From assembly GCA_963674695.2 (NCBI GenBank), contig CAXXGI010000002.1, positions 544,001 through 608,000 of the forward strand: a stretch of 64,000 bases of DNA, given 5' to 3'. The notes below the pieces were generated by a model, which did no database searches, had not been told where the DNA came from, and worked only from the letters and a program-made list of their open reading frames with translations. The stretch comes from a bacterium (GTDB taxonomy: Bacteria; UBA10199; 2-02-FULL-44-16; JAAZCA01). The position numbers and the translations under genes are program-made. Positions 29,251 through 37,676 of this stretch are shown piece after piece (within the stretch, counting starts at the first letter, position 1; every line of letters starts with the position of its first letter).

Positions 29251-31299
29251 TTACAGTGATTGGCATGCCGACGCGTTTGTATCCCGACACTTCTGTAACA
29301 GCGAGATGGCGTCCTCCATCTCCAGCTGCTGTCGCTGCGTCCACACGAGCGCGCGTTCCGTGATGGCGATGTGGTCGGCCAGATAGCGATCGTCCACGAT
29401 CTCGTCAGCCCCCTTCTCGTCGCGTTGCCGCACGAGCGCGTCACGGTATTGGCGCATGCTCTTGAGCTGTCTGGCGCGCAGGCGTGATTCGGCACGGGCG
29501 CGCGGGGCGAGTTTCGGGAAGAGGTGCGCGGGCACCTGCGGATGGACCTTGGTGCGGACGAAGTCGGCCACGCCGATCATCTTGATCAGCGGCGTATTCT
29601 CCGAAAGGATCTGTTCGAGCGCGGCCAGTTTTGCGGCGAGCAAATCTTCGCCGCTTGAGCGTGCGAACGGGTCGACGCCGTCCATATGGGCCGTCGGAAC
29701 CTTCAGGCCAAACCACTTCACGAGCAGCGGATAGAGGTCGACCGCACGCGCGGCACCAAAGGATCCCTTCGGCACGCTGGGGCCGGCGATCAGCAACGGC
29801 ACGCGCATATCATCGTTGGTCGCGCCTCCGTGGTTTCCTCGTTTTACCTTACGAAAGCCGAAACGGTCGCGCGTGGTGATGAAGGCGTCGCCGGCGCGTC
29901 CATCATGAAAGATCTGTGAGAGTTCGATCACCGCGTCCGGATAGCGTTCCTCGACCGTCGCCTCCCGCCAGGCACGCGTCGAGTGCGGAAGTCCATCGAG
30001 CAGAGGCGCGAGTTTCGGGTTCTCCGCATAGCCGAGCGGATCGCCGACGAGCGTATCGAAGCGATAGCTGCAATACTCCTCATGACCGATCGGAAAGCAG
30101 TCAATATCGGCGCGCTTTCCCTCATGATTGAACAGACGTGCGCTACGCTGGCCCGCGCGCACGACGAGCAGGTCGGTCGCGGGCATGGCGAGGATCGTTT
30201 CGATCAGGTCGATTCCTTCTCCATCGCTGATCTTCATTTTCCGCAGCACGTCCGGGTTCTCGATCGGTTCGAAGCCGCCGTTGTGGCGCACATAGATATG
30301 CGTGGAGGACACGCCGCGGCTGGCGGCATAGAGCGCATAGTGTTTCTTGCGCGGATTCTTCGGCTTGACGACGATGCCCTTGGCCTCGAGCGCCTTCTGG
30401 AAGCGGAACAGTTTCCCCGTCTCATGCATGCCGTGATCGGCCGATATAATGATGAAGGTCTTGTCCGCGATCCCCTGTTTCTCCAGGAGGGCGAAGAAGT
30501 CGGCGAGGAATCGATCGAACTGGACGAGCACCGCTTCGACCTCCGGGCTCTGCGGTCCATACTTGTGGCCGGAGACGTCGGAGGAGTAGAGGCCCACCAG
30601 GGTGTAGCGCGGAATGGCGGATGCTTCCCCCCCGAACTGATCGAGCACCTCGGTGAAGGCGAGCTGATCGATCTTGGAGATGTTGCCCGAGACGTAGGCC
30701 GACCAGAGCGCGGCGATCGGGGCGTTGGCCGGATGGACGAAAGAGGCCCCGCGGTTAAACGAGCTGTAGATGGCCGCGGTCGGGTGCCCGGCCAGCAGGT
30801 CGAAGATGGCGGTCGGGGCATCGAGGTCAGCGACGTCGGGATTGAGCAGTGCGCGCAGGTTGATGAGGTCCGAGTTGACGTCATCGTGTTGCGTGATGGT
30901 GAGATAGTCCACGGGTTCGCGACGCTCGCGGTCGAAGCGCTCCAGGTGCGGGATGCCCGCATGTCCCGGAAGGAGCCCCGTGGCGAAGGATTGATAGACG
31001 GTCGTCGAGGTCGTTGGAAAGAGTGAGGTCGCCCGGTGGAAGCGCGCGCCGCCCTCGACGAAGTGCTGCGCGATCGTCGGCAATTTTCCCGCGGCGAGCG
31101 TGCGGTCGAAGGCGGTCAGGTTCGTGCCATCGATGATGAAGTGCACGACGTAGACGTCGCGGATGGGTGCCGCGGCGACCGTGGCTTTGGATTCCACGGG
31201 GGAGCGGCTGCGGGCATACTTGTTGCTCGCGCCCTGGGCCGGTGGCGTCAGGGCGATGACGACGAGCGCCACCATCATGGGGAAGAAACGTTGTTTCAT
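29251..31299 (-). CDS. Alkaline phosphatase superfamily protein (nucleotide pyrophosphatase/phosphodiesterase-like), secreted
   Basis: Signal peptide; FIIDG, SLFPTTS (Thr nucleophile), D..GH.YGP, IISADHG, GNHGG. Confidence 0.9.
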   Translation of the reverse strand: MKQRFFPMMVALVVIALTPPAQGASNKYARSRSPVESKATVAAAPIRDVYVVHFIIDGTNLTAFDRTLAAGKLPTIAQHFVEGGARFHRATSLFPTTSTTVYQSFATGLLPGHAGIPHLERFDRERREPVDYLTITQHDDVNSDLINLRALLNPDVADLDAPTAIFDLLAGHPTAAIYSSFNRGASFVHPANAPIAALWSAYVSGNISKIDQLAFTEVLDQFGGEASAIPRYTLVGLYSSDVSGHKYGPQSPEVEAVLVQFDRFLADFFALLEKQGIADKTFIIISADHGMHETGKLFRFQKALEAKGIVVKPKNPRKKHYALYAASRGVSSTHIYVRHNGGFEPIENPDVLRKMKISDGEGIDLIETILAMPATDLLVVRAGQRSARLFNHEGKRADIDCFPIGHEEYCSYRFDTLVGDPLGYAENPKLAPLLDGLPHSTRAWREATVEERYPDAVIELSQIFHDGRAGDAFITTRDRFGFRKVKRGNHGGATNDDMRVPLLIAGPSVPKGSFGAARAVDLYPLLVKWFGLKVPTAHMDGVDPFARSSGEDLLAAKLAALEQILSENTPLIKMIGVADFVRTKVHPQVPAHLFPKLAPRARAESRLRARQLKSMRQYRDALVRQRDEKGADEIVDDRYLADHIAITERALVWTQRQQLEMEDAISLLQKCRDTNASACQSL

Positions 31300-31335
31300 G
31301 GGGTTGCGCTCTTTAGCACCCGCATGTGCCGACCG

Positions 31336-32838
31336 TCAAGGGGCGCGGTTTGTGGCGGCCAGCGCTCGGCGCACGCCGTCGCGGTGAGCCGCTTCCAGAA
31401 ACGCGATCGCCTCATCTCCAGCCTGGCTCAGGATGGCCTCTACCGCCGCCTGCTGGGGGGCGTCGGCATGGACGCCGAGCCCGTCGATGGGGGTGACGGC
31501 CTGCTCGATGCGTTTGAGCTTCATCTTGATCGCATCGATCCCTGCAAATGTTTCCTCGGCGAAGGGGGTGTGGGGCTTGGGCACGAAGGGGGCGATCGTG
31601 AGCGACACATCGGTGGTGCGCGGGCCCTTCGGGGCGCATCCACGGACCGTGTCGCGGATACGGGTGGCCAGATCCACGATGGCGTCGACGTCCTCGTTCG
31701 TTTCATGCGGCAGGCCGATCATGAAGTAGAGGCGCAGGCGCGTGATACCGGCGCGGGCGAGCGTTGTCGCGGCGTCGATGATCTGCTTGTCGGTGAGTCC
31801 CTTGGCGAGCCGGCGTCGAAGGCGCTCACTGCCCGCCTCGATGCCCAGCGCGATGGAGTGTTGCCCGATCGTCGCCAAGAGCGTTGCGATCCTCTCGTCG
31901 ACGTCAGCGGCGCGCACGGATGAAAGTGAGAAGGTGGCACCGCTCGTTCGAATCTGTTCGACGATGGCGTCGAATTCCGGGTGTGACAATAAATCCGCGC
32001 CGATGAGACCGAAGCGCTGGCGATGATGGAGGCCCGTCTCGACCATTGCAGCCACGGCCGCTGCACGGCGATGGCGATACGGGGCATAGAGGGCGGGGGT
32101 GGCGCAGAAGCGACAGGCGCGTGGGCAGCCGCGGCTGATCTCGATCAGGTGCATGTCGCCGAACTCCGCATCGTCGCTGTGCACGACCGTCTGCGTCGGC
32201 CAGGCATCGAGATCGGCGGTGTATCGTCGCTCATCGAGCGGCGGGGTGTTCTCCGCGCTGGGGACGAAGACGCCCGGGCATTCGGCCAGGGCCTCGATCG
32301 ATTGTTCACGCCCGACGTTTTCGGCCAACAGCGGGAAGAGGCCCTCGGCGAATGCCTCGGCCTCCCCCAGGCAGACGGCGTCGGCGATCTGCGCCAGCGG
32401 CAGCGGGTTGAGCGTTGGCGCAGCTCCGCCCGCGATGATGAGTGGCGCATCCGCGCGGCGCTCGTTTGCGCGCAGGGGCAGGCCGATGAGCTCAAAGAGG
32501 ATCGGCAGGTTGAGGAGGTCGTTCTCGAACGAGATGGTCAGCGCGATGACGTCGAAGTCGTTCACCGGTCGCTGCGATTCCAGCGTCAGGAGCGGCGTCT
32601 TGGTGCGTTCGTATTGCGGGATTTCGCGGCGGTCCGGCAGGAAGGCGCGTTCGCAGAGTATGTCGGGGCGATCATTCAAGAGGCGATAGAGCGTATGGAC
32701 GGCGAGGTTGCCCATGCCGACGCGATAGGGGTTGGGGGAGATGAGCGCCACACGGGTGCAACCCCCCGGATCCTTGACGATGACGCCGGATTCCCGGCCG
32801 CACTGTGCCTGCAGGCGTTTTTTGAGATCCCAACTCAT
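31336..32838 (-). CDS. Radical SAM protein with N-terminal B12-binding-like domain
   Basis: EISRGCPRACRFC (CxxxCxxC), YRVGMGNL, IEAGSERLR, LYFMIGLP, FVPKPHTPF; start is ATG 32838 or 32856. Confidence 0.9.
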   Translation of the reverse strand: MSWDLKKRLQAQCGRESGVIVKDPGGCTRVALISPNPYRVGMGNLAVHTLYRLLNDRPDILCERAFLPDRREIPQYERTKTPLLTLESQRPVNDFDVIALTISFENDLLNLPILFELIGLPLRANERRADAPLIIAGGAAPTLNPLPLAQIADAVCLGEAEAFAEGLFPLLAENVGREQSIEALAECPGVFVPSAENTPPLDERRYTADLDAWPTQTVVHSDDAEFGDMHLIEISRGCPRACRFCATPALYAPYRHRRAAAVAAMVETGLHHRQRFGLIGADLLSHPEFDAIVEQIRTSGATFSLSSVRAADVDERIATLLATIGQHSIALGIEAGSERLRRRLAKGLTDKQIIDAATTLARAGITRLRLYFMIGLPHETNEDVDAIVDLATRIRDTVRGCAPKGPRTTDVSLTIAPFVPKPHTPFAEETFAGIDAIKMKLKRIEQAVTPIDGLGVHADAPQQAAVEAILSQAGDEAIAFLEAAHRDGVRRALAATNRAP

Positions 32839-32893
32839 GTTCGGCCCATAGATCATTTATAAGGGGCTTGCAATGGCCGAACCTATTGGAGAT

Positions 32894-33030
32894 ACGAAGG
32901 ACGATCGCTCATAACTCTTCGTTGGGACGAAGGGCGATCGATTCCTTCGGGATCTTGGATGAATGGTGAAAACGATTTTTCGCCCCTCGTCCGAGAGAAC
33001 GAAGTGAACGTTCGCCCCTCGTCCTTCGGG
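32894..33030. repeat. Dispersed palindromic element (CGAAGGG family), copy 1 of 3
   Basis: acgaagggcgatcgattccttcgggatct and gaacgaagtgaacg motifs are shared with 60661-60763 and 62511-62620. Confidence 0.7.
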
Positions 33031-33037
33031 GTTTTTC

Positions 33038-33538
33038 ATGCTTCCCTGGGGAAAACGCGCACAGGCGGTGAAAAGGGCCGAGGAGCTCCTGGAGGCCTGT
33101 TGCCGGCGGCTGGAGTTGGCGCCAAAGGTGCTGGATAAGGGTGCGCGCGACTGGATCGGGAGGCGGAACTGGCCCGCCGATTCCGCGGAGATGGATCGCG
33201 TCGTCACCTATGCCGCGCTCACCGCCCCCGGCGAGACGATCGAGGCGGCTCACTTTGCGCCCCGCCGTCGCTGCGATCATGAGGCGTTCGGGCCGGCGCA
33301 GTTCGACGCGATGGCGCTCGAAGAGATCGTGCGCCAAAAGGTGGGACACTTCTTTGGGCGGCTTGGGCCCCATGAGGTGCGCGGCGTCTATCGGACCGTC
33401 ATCGATCAGGTGGAGCGCGCACTCATCGAGGAAGCCCTGCGCTGGGCCGAGGGCAATCAACTCAAAGCCGCACGGGTATTGGGCATCAGCCGCAACACGC
33501 TGCGGAAGAAGATGCACGATTTGAAATGCGGACCATAG
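33038..33538 (+). CDS. Fis-family HTH protein with a degenerate sigma-54-activator AAA lid
   Basis: WPADSAEM (cf. WPGNVREL) and VERALIEEALRWAEGNQLKAARVLGISRNTLRKKM; no Walker A or GAFTGA. Confidence 0.85.
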   Translation: MLPWGKRAQAVKRAEELLEACCRRLELAPKVLDKGARDWIGRRNWPADSAEMDRVVTYAALTAPGETIEAAHFAPRRRCDHEAFGPAQFDAMALEEIVRQKVGHFFGRLGPHEVRGVYRTVIDQVERALIEEALRWAEGNQLKAARVLGISRNTLRKKMHDLKCGP

Positions 33539-33545
33539 ACGAAAG

Positions 33546-33671
33546 CAGATTGCTGACGTAGTTTTCTCCTGGTGTCATTCCCGCGGGGGTAAGCGGGAAT
33601 CTCGATTCTGATGGTCCATCGAGATCCCCGCTTTCGCGGGGATGACAAACCTTGAGTTTGTCATCAAACTG
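33546..33671. mobile_element. dRS3-like double hairpin (33573-33647) nested inside imperfect terminal inverted repeats
   Basis: CAGATTGCTGAC ... GTCATCAAACTG surround TGTCATTCCCGC...GCGGGGATGACA. Confidence 0.65.
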
Positions 33672-33707
33672 TAAAGACCAAGCGGTGTTGTGAAGGGGTG
33701 TGTGAGC

Positions 33708-34403
33708 ATGAATGCGGATGCATTGAACTCGGATCTTGAACAACGGATCACGGATCACGGATCACGGATCGCGGGTCTCTACGCCATCGTCGATTCACAA
33801 TGGAATCCGTGTGCCACGCTCGCGGCGCTCGCCGAGCGCTATCTCGAAGGCGAGTGCCGGTTGTTACAATTGAGGATGAAGGACGTCCGGGATCCGGGAT
33901 CCGGGATCCGGGATCCGATGCGAAAAGAGGCCGAGGCGATCATGCGGCTGAAGGATCGCTTCGATTTTACGTTCATCGTCAACGACCACGCTGACCTCGC
34001 CCGCGAGGTCGGCGCCGATGGCGTGCACGTGGGTGAGAACGACGAGTCGGTTGCGGCGATTCGCGCGCGCCATGGCGCGCATCTGCTCATCGGCTATTCG
34101 TCGCACTCGGTCGATGAGGCGAGGAACGCGGTCGATGCCGGCGCGGACTATGTCGCCTTTGGCGCGATCTTTCCGACCAAGACCAAGGGGCCGGGGCACC
34201 CGGTGCAGGGGCTCGACCGGTTGAAGGCACTCGCCGCATCCGTCGATGTGCCGGTCGTGGCCATCGGCGGCATCACGCGCGAGAACGTGCACGCCGTCGT
34301 CGACGCAGGCGCCGATGCCGTGGCGATGATCACCGCGCTTTCGCAGGCGCAAGATATGGTGGAAGAGACGAAGTGGTTCACTCGTGAGATGGCAAAATGG
34401 TGA
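33708..34403 (+). CDS. thiE: Thiamine-phosphate synthase ThiE
   Basis: LQLRMK, FIVND, ADGVHVG, GYSSHS, DYVAFGAIFPTKTK, VAIGGI; two repeat-derived inserts. Confidence 0.95.
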   Translation: MNADALNSDLEQRITDHGSRIAGLYAIVDSQWNPCATLAALAERYLEGECRLLQLRMKDVRDPGSGIRDPMRKEAEAIMRLKDRFDFTFIVNDHADLAREVGADGVHVGENDESVAAIRARHGAHLLIGYSSHSVDEARNAVDAGADYVAFGAIFPTKTKGPGHPVQGLDRLKALAASVDVPVVAIGGITRENVHAVVDAGADAVAMITALSQAQDMVEETKWFTREMAKW

Positions 34404-34482
34404 GATCGCGAGATAGTGAGATGGCTAAATAGCGTGATGGCTTAAGAACGCTTTTACGATTGAGCCATCTCACGATCTCACG
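34385..34482. repeat. Degenerate octamer repeats (GTGAGATG-like) and their inverse
   Basis: gtgagatggc...gtgagatcgcgagatagtgagatggc ... gccatctcacgatctcacg; includes the thiE stop codon. Confidence 0.65.
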
Positions 34483-34490
34483 GAGTTTTT

Positions 34491-35261
34491 ATGACCAAAA
34501 AATACGTCCTAGCCATCGCGGGTTCCGATCCCTCCGGGGGGGCGGGGGTGCACGCCGATGTGCGCACGCTCTCGGATCTGGGCGTGCATGCGCTCATGGC
34601 CATCACCGCGATCACTGCGCAGAACGATGAGGCGGTCATCGCCATCCATCCGACGCCCGCCGATGTGCTGACCCAGCAGATCTCGACCGCGTGCAAGGGC
34701 AAGGAGATCGCGGCGGTCAAGATCGGCATGGTCGCCACCAAGGCGAACGTGCGGGCAATCACCTGGTCGCTCCAGCAGATCAAGTCGGCGCATGTCGTGA
34801 TCGACCCGATCATGCACTCCTCCTCCGGTGCCGCGCTCCTGGAGAGCAACGCCATCGCGCTCTATCGACAGACGCTCCTGCCGCTGGCGACGGTCGTTAC
34901 GCCGAACCTGATGGAGGCGCAGGCCTTGGCCGGCATGCAGGTGGCGAGCTTGGAGACCATGCGCACGGCCGCCGAGGTGATCCACGGCGATCTGATCAAG
35001 CGGCGTGGCGGCGCGGGCAGGCAGCTCTCGGTCATCATCAAGGGCGGGCACCTGGAAGGGGATGCCATCGACGTTCTCTTCGACGGTGAGAAATTCCATA
35101 GCTTCTCCGCTCCGCGCATTCCGGGGCTTTCCCCGCGCGGAACCGGCTGCCGTTTCTCCTCGGCGATCGCCGCTCACCTGGCCAAAGGCGAGCCGATCAC
35201 CTCCGCCGTCCCCCGCGCCAAGGAATACCTGGCCTGGTATATCGAGCGGGCATCGGTGTAG
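34491..35261 (+). CDS. thiD: Hydroxymethylpyrimidine/phosphomethylpyrimidine kinase ThiD
   Basis: IAGSDPSGGAG, TAITAQN, VKIGM, TPNLMEA, KGGH, GTGC.FSSAIAA. Confidence 0.96.
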   Translation: MTKKYVLAIAGSDPSGGAGVHADVRTLSDLGVHALMAITAITAQNDEAVIAIHPTPADVLTQQISTACKGKEIAAVKIGMVATKANVRAITWSLQQIKSAHVVIDPIMHSSSGAALLESNAIALYRQTLLPLATVVTPNLMEAQALAGMQVASLETMRTAAEVIHGDLIKRRGGAGRQLSVIIKGGHLEGDAIDVLFDGEKFHSFSAPRIPGLSPRGTGCRFSSAIAAHLAKGEPITSAVPRAKEYLAWYIERASV

Positions 35262-35280
35262 CGATAGGTGAATCCTCCGA

Positions 35281-35310
35281 TTGACAAAAGTGCTATATTA
35301 TAGTACTTTT
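35281..35310 (+). promoter_or_regulatory. Sigma-70 promoter with an overlapping palindromic operator
   Basis: TTGACA-N17-TACTTT; inverted repeat AAAAGTGCTATA-T-TATAGTACTTTT (35286-35310, one mismatch). Confidence 0.75.
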
Positions 35311-35315
35311 ATCGT

Positions 35316-35684
35316 ATGTATATTTCCTCGAAAAAACTCAAAAACATCTGTAAGCACAAGGGGTTGAAGCTCGGTGAGCTGTTGGAGAAGGCCGATGTCA
35401 GCAAAACCGCATTTTATGCGCTCGTTCGGAAGGAGGATATCCTGCCGCGTTCCATCCGTTCGATTGCATCGGCCTTGGGCGAATCACCATCTGTGTTTCT
35501 GGAGGAGGAGAGCCCTGAGGAGCGGAAGATCAAGCGACTCATCAAAAGGATGAACGCTATCGTGAGGCGTAAGCCGAATCTCGATCGAGACAATGTCTGG
35601 CACACGCTGCTGCTCTTGAGCGAGAGGCCGGTCGTTCGACTGCGAAGGGGGCTGACCCGTGGCAGAAAAATCGATTTTCACTGA
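35316..35684 (+). CDS. XRE-like HTH protein, putative antitoxin/autorepressor
   Basis: LKLGELLEKADVSKTAFYAL...IASALG HTH pattern; overlaps the next gene. Confidence 0.75.
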   Translation: MYISSKKLKNICKHKGLKLGELLEKADVSKTAFYALVRKEDILPRSIRSIASALGESPSVFLEEESPEERKIKRLIKRMNAIVRRKPNLDRDNVWHTLLLLSERPVVRLRRGLTRGRKIDFH

Positions 35685-36129
35685 CAGAGAGATCGCTTTT
35701 TTAAAGGAGCTCGTCGGTCAGAAGGTTCCATTCATGATTGTGGGCCTCTCTGCGGCCGCCCTCCAGGGAGCGCCCGTCGTCACCCAGGATGTCGATCTCT
35801 GGTTTGAAGACATCGCCGACGCCGGGATCGCCAAGGCGCTCAAAAAAATGGGGGGAAGTTATATCCCTCCAACGATGCTCAATCCCCCCCTCTTCGCGGG
35901 AGGGGACGTCGAACTCTTCGATATCGTCCTGACGATGCATGGCCTCGATTCCTTTTCCGTCGAGCTCAAGGACTCCATCGAAATCAAGCTCGGCTCCTGC
36001 AAGGTGCACGTGCTCCCGCTCGAAAGAATCATCAAGAGCAAGGAGACCCTCTTGCGGCCAAAGGATAAGCTCGTGCTCCCCGTGCTCAAGGATGCGCTCG
36101 AAACGATACGTGCAAACAGGAAGAAATAA
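35659..36129 (+). CDS. Nucleotidyltransferase-fold protein, putative toxin
   Basis: VGLSAAALQG...TQDVDLW (G..A...G...T.DxD) and LE.II.SK....RPKD...L motifs. Confidence 0.8.
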   Translation: MAEKSIFTDREIAFLKELVGQKVPFMIVGLSAAALQGAPVVTQDVDLWFEDIADAGIAKALKKMGGSYIPPTMLNPPLFAGGDVELFDIVLTMHGLDSFSVELKDSIEIKLGSCKVHVLPLERIIKSKETLLRPKDKLVLPVLKDALETIRANRKK

Positions 36130-36153
36130 GGGTGCTTCTCGTGAGGGTGTGTG

Positions 36154-36183
36154 AAAAAACGCCCCGCTCATGCGAGCGGGGCG
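36154..36183 (-). terminator. Intrinsic terminator
   Basis: A6 then CGCCCCGCTC-ATGC-GAGCGGGGCG; U-tract on the minus strand, downstream of the HEAT-repeat genes. Confidence 0.7.
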
Positions 36184-36282
36184 AGATTGCTGACAAACCT
36201 GTGTTTTTGTCATCCCTGCGAACGCGGGGGTCTCGATGTACCGCGACAACCGAGATTCCCGCTGACCCCTGTGGGAATGACA
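36184..36282. repeat. dRS3-like double hairpin (36208-36282) preceded by an AGATTGCTGACAAAC end
   Basis: Same family as 27891, 33573, 53528 and 55707. Confidence 0.75.
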
Positions 36283-36289
36283 GCACCCA

Positions 36290-37639
36290 TCAGCTCTTTC
36301 CACTTTCGATGCAATTGCCGTGGCCGCAGTTGGCTTTCGGTGTCGGGATGGGGATTCCCAAGCGGTCGAGCGTCTGCAGGGAGGCGGCGCGCACCTGGGG
36401 GTCGTTGGCCTCAATTTTATTGAGCTGAAGTGCCTTGATGATATGGGTGCGAAGCTTGCCGTGTTTGACGCCGAGGATACCGATGAGCACCGTCGCTTCG
36501 CGCGTCCGGGCCAGATCCGGCGTTTGCTTCAGATTGAGGAACTGGGCGATGGCGCCGATCTCCGCAGTTATTGCCTGCGGGTTGTCGTTGGCAATCTCGG
36601 TGAGCGATTGGAAGGCCGCCATGGCGACGTTGGAAAAGGGGTCGCTGATGAGTTCGGCCAGGATTGCCACGCTTCCCTCGGCGACAAAGTCCTTGAGCCT
36701 GTTCGCGGCTGCCTCGCGCTTGGCGTTGTCGAAGTCCCTGCTCTGGACCTTGAGCGCCTCGAATGCCGTCCGCCGTTCCTCGCGCACGGCCGCTTCGATC
36801 ATGTTGTCCATTTCGGCGAGCTTCTCTTTGAGGCTTGTGGCGATTGTCTTCGTGTCCGCGGTGGCGTCCTCTTCGGATTTCGGTGCAAGCTCCTCTTTGA
36901 CGGGGTCCAGGTGCGTCGCGTCCTTCTGTGCGATCAGCAGGAGTTCTGCGGTCGCCGCATGGGCGACCGCAAGCTGTTCATCCTTCGTCAGGGAGACGAG
37001 CGTTTGTATGATCTCCGGATGGTGCGCATAGCGGGAGAGCCCCTCGATCTGTCGCGCCCGGAAACCCGGTTGTTTCGATGCGGATAGGGCGATCGCATGT
37101 TTTTCCCTGAACGCATTGCGCTCATCGTTCATCCGGATTGCGGTGACGAGTTTCGCGATATCATCGGCGCTGAGCTTTTCGGTGACAAGCTGTTCGACGA
37201 AGAGCCGCCCGATGACGTCTCGCGAGCTGTTGAGCGACAGCTCGGTCGAGGGGATCACCTCGGTAAAGACATCGATGAGCCGGTCGTCGATCTCGATGTC
37301 ATCGGGGCTCGGATGGATGAAGGGTTGGAGCGGTGCGAATGCAGGCGTGCTCATCACGATCTCGAAGAGCTGGTCGTCGGCGGAGATGCGGTCCGTGTCT
37401 CGGTCGTGTCCGGACATTCGCCTCCAGGCCTGCTGGTATTGGGCGAAGCTCAAGTCAGGCTTTGAAGGAAATTCAGGGATGGTGATCGTGCAATAATTGC
37501 TGCATTCATGTGCCGATTCCTTCGCTTGCGTGCAGGCGGTGATGAATTCGGGTTCATCCTCCAGCTCGCGCCCGAAGAGCTTCTTCTGCATCGCGCTGCA
37601 GATCGCGTGGGTCCTGATGTCGACGTAGGTGTTGCCCAT
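36290..37639 (-). CDS. HEAT-repeat orphan protein (paralogue of the upstream gene)
   Basis: Alpha-helical HEAT-like repeats (LVSLTKDEQLAVAHAA, LISDPFSNVAMAA); RBS AAGGAG; no signal peptide. Confidence 0.82.
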   Translation of the reverse strand: MGNTYVDIRTHAICSAMQKKLFGRELEDEPEFITACTQAKESAHECSNYCTITIPEFPSKPDLSFAQYQQAWRRMSGHDRDTDRISADDQLFEIVMSTPAFAPLQPFIHPSPDDIEIDDRLIDVFTEVIPSTELSLNSSRDVIGRLFVEQLVTEKLSADDIAKLVTAIRMNDERNAFREKHAIALSASKQPGFRARQIEGLSRYAHHPEIIQTLVSLTKDEQLAVAHAATAELLLIAQKDATHLDPVKEELAPKSEEDATADTKTIATSLKEKLAEMDNMIEAAVREERRTAFEALKVQSRDFDNAKREAAANRLKDFVAEGSVAILAELISDPFSNVAMAAFQSLTEIANDNPQAITAEIGAIAQFLNLKQTPDLARTREATVLIGILGVKHGKLRTHIIKALQLNKIEANDPQVRAASLQTLDRLGIPIPTPKANCGHGNCIESGKS

Positions 37640-37676
37640 GATCGTGCTCCTTTATCGTTTTGTCGTGGAGGCGATC

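Noticed and set aside
33540-33707. TPP riboswitch upstream of thiE-thiD
   Set aside because: No CTGAGA or other TPP core motif is visible; the structure there is the dRS3-like repeat.
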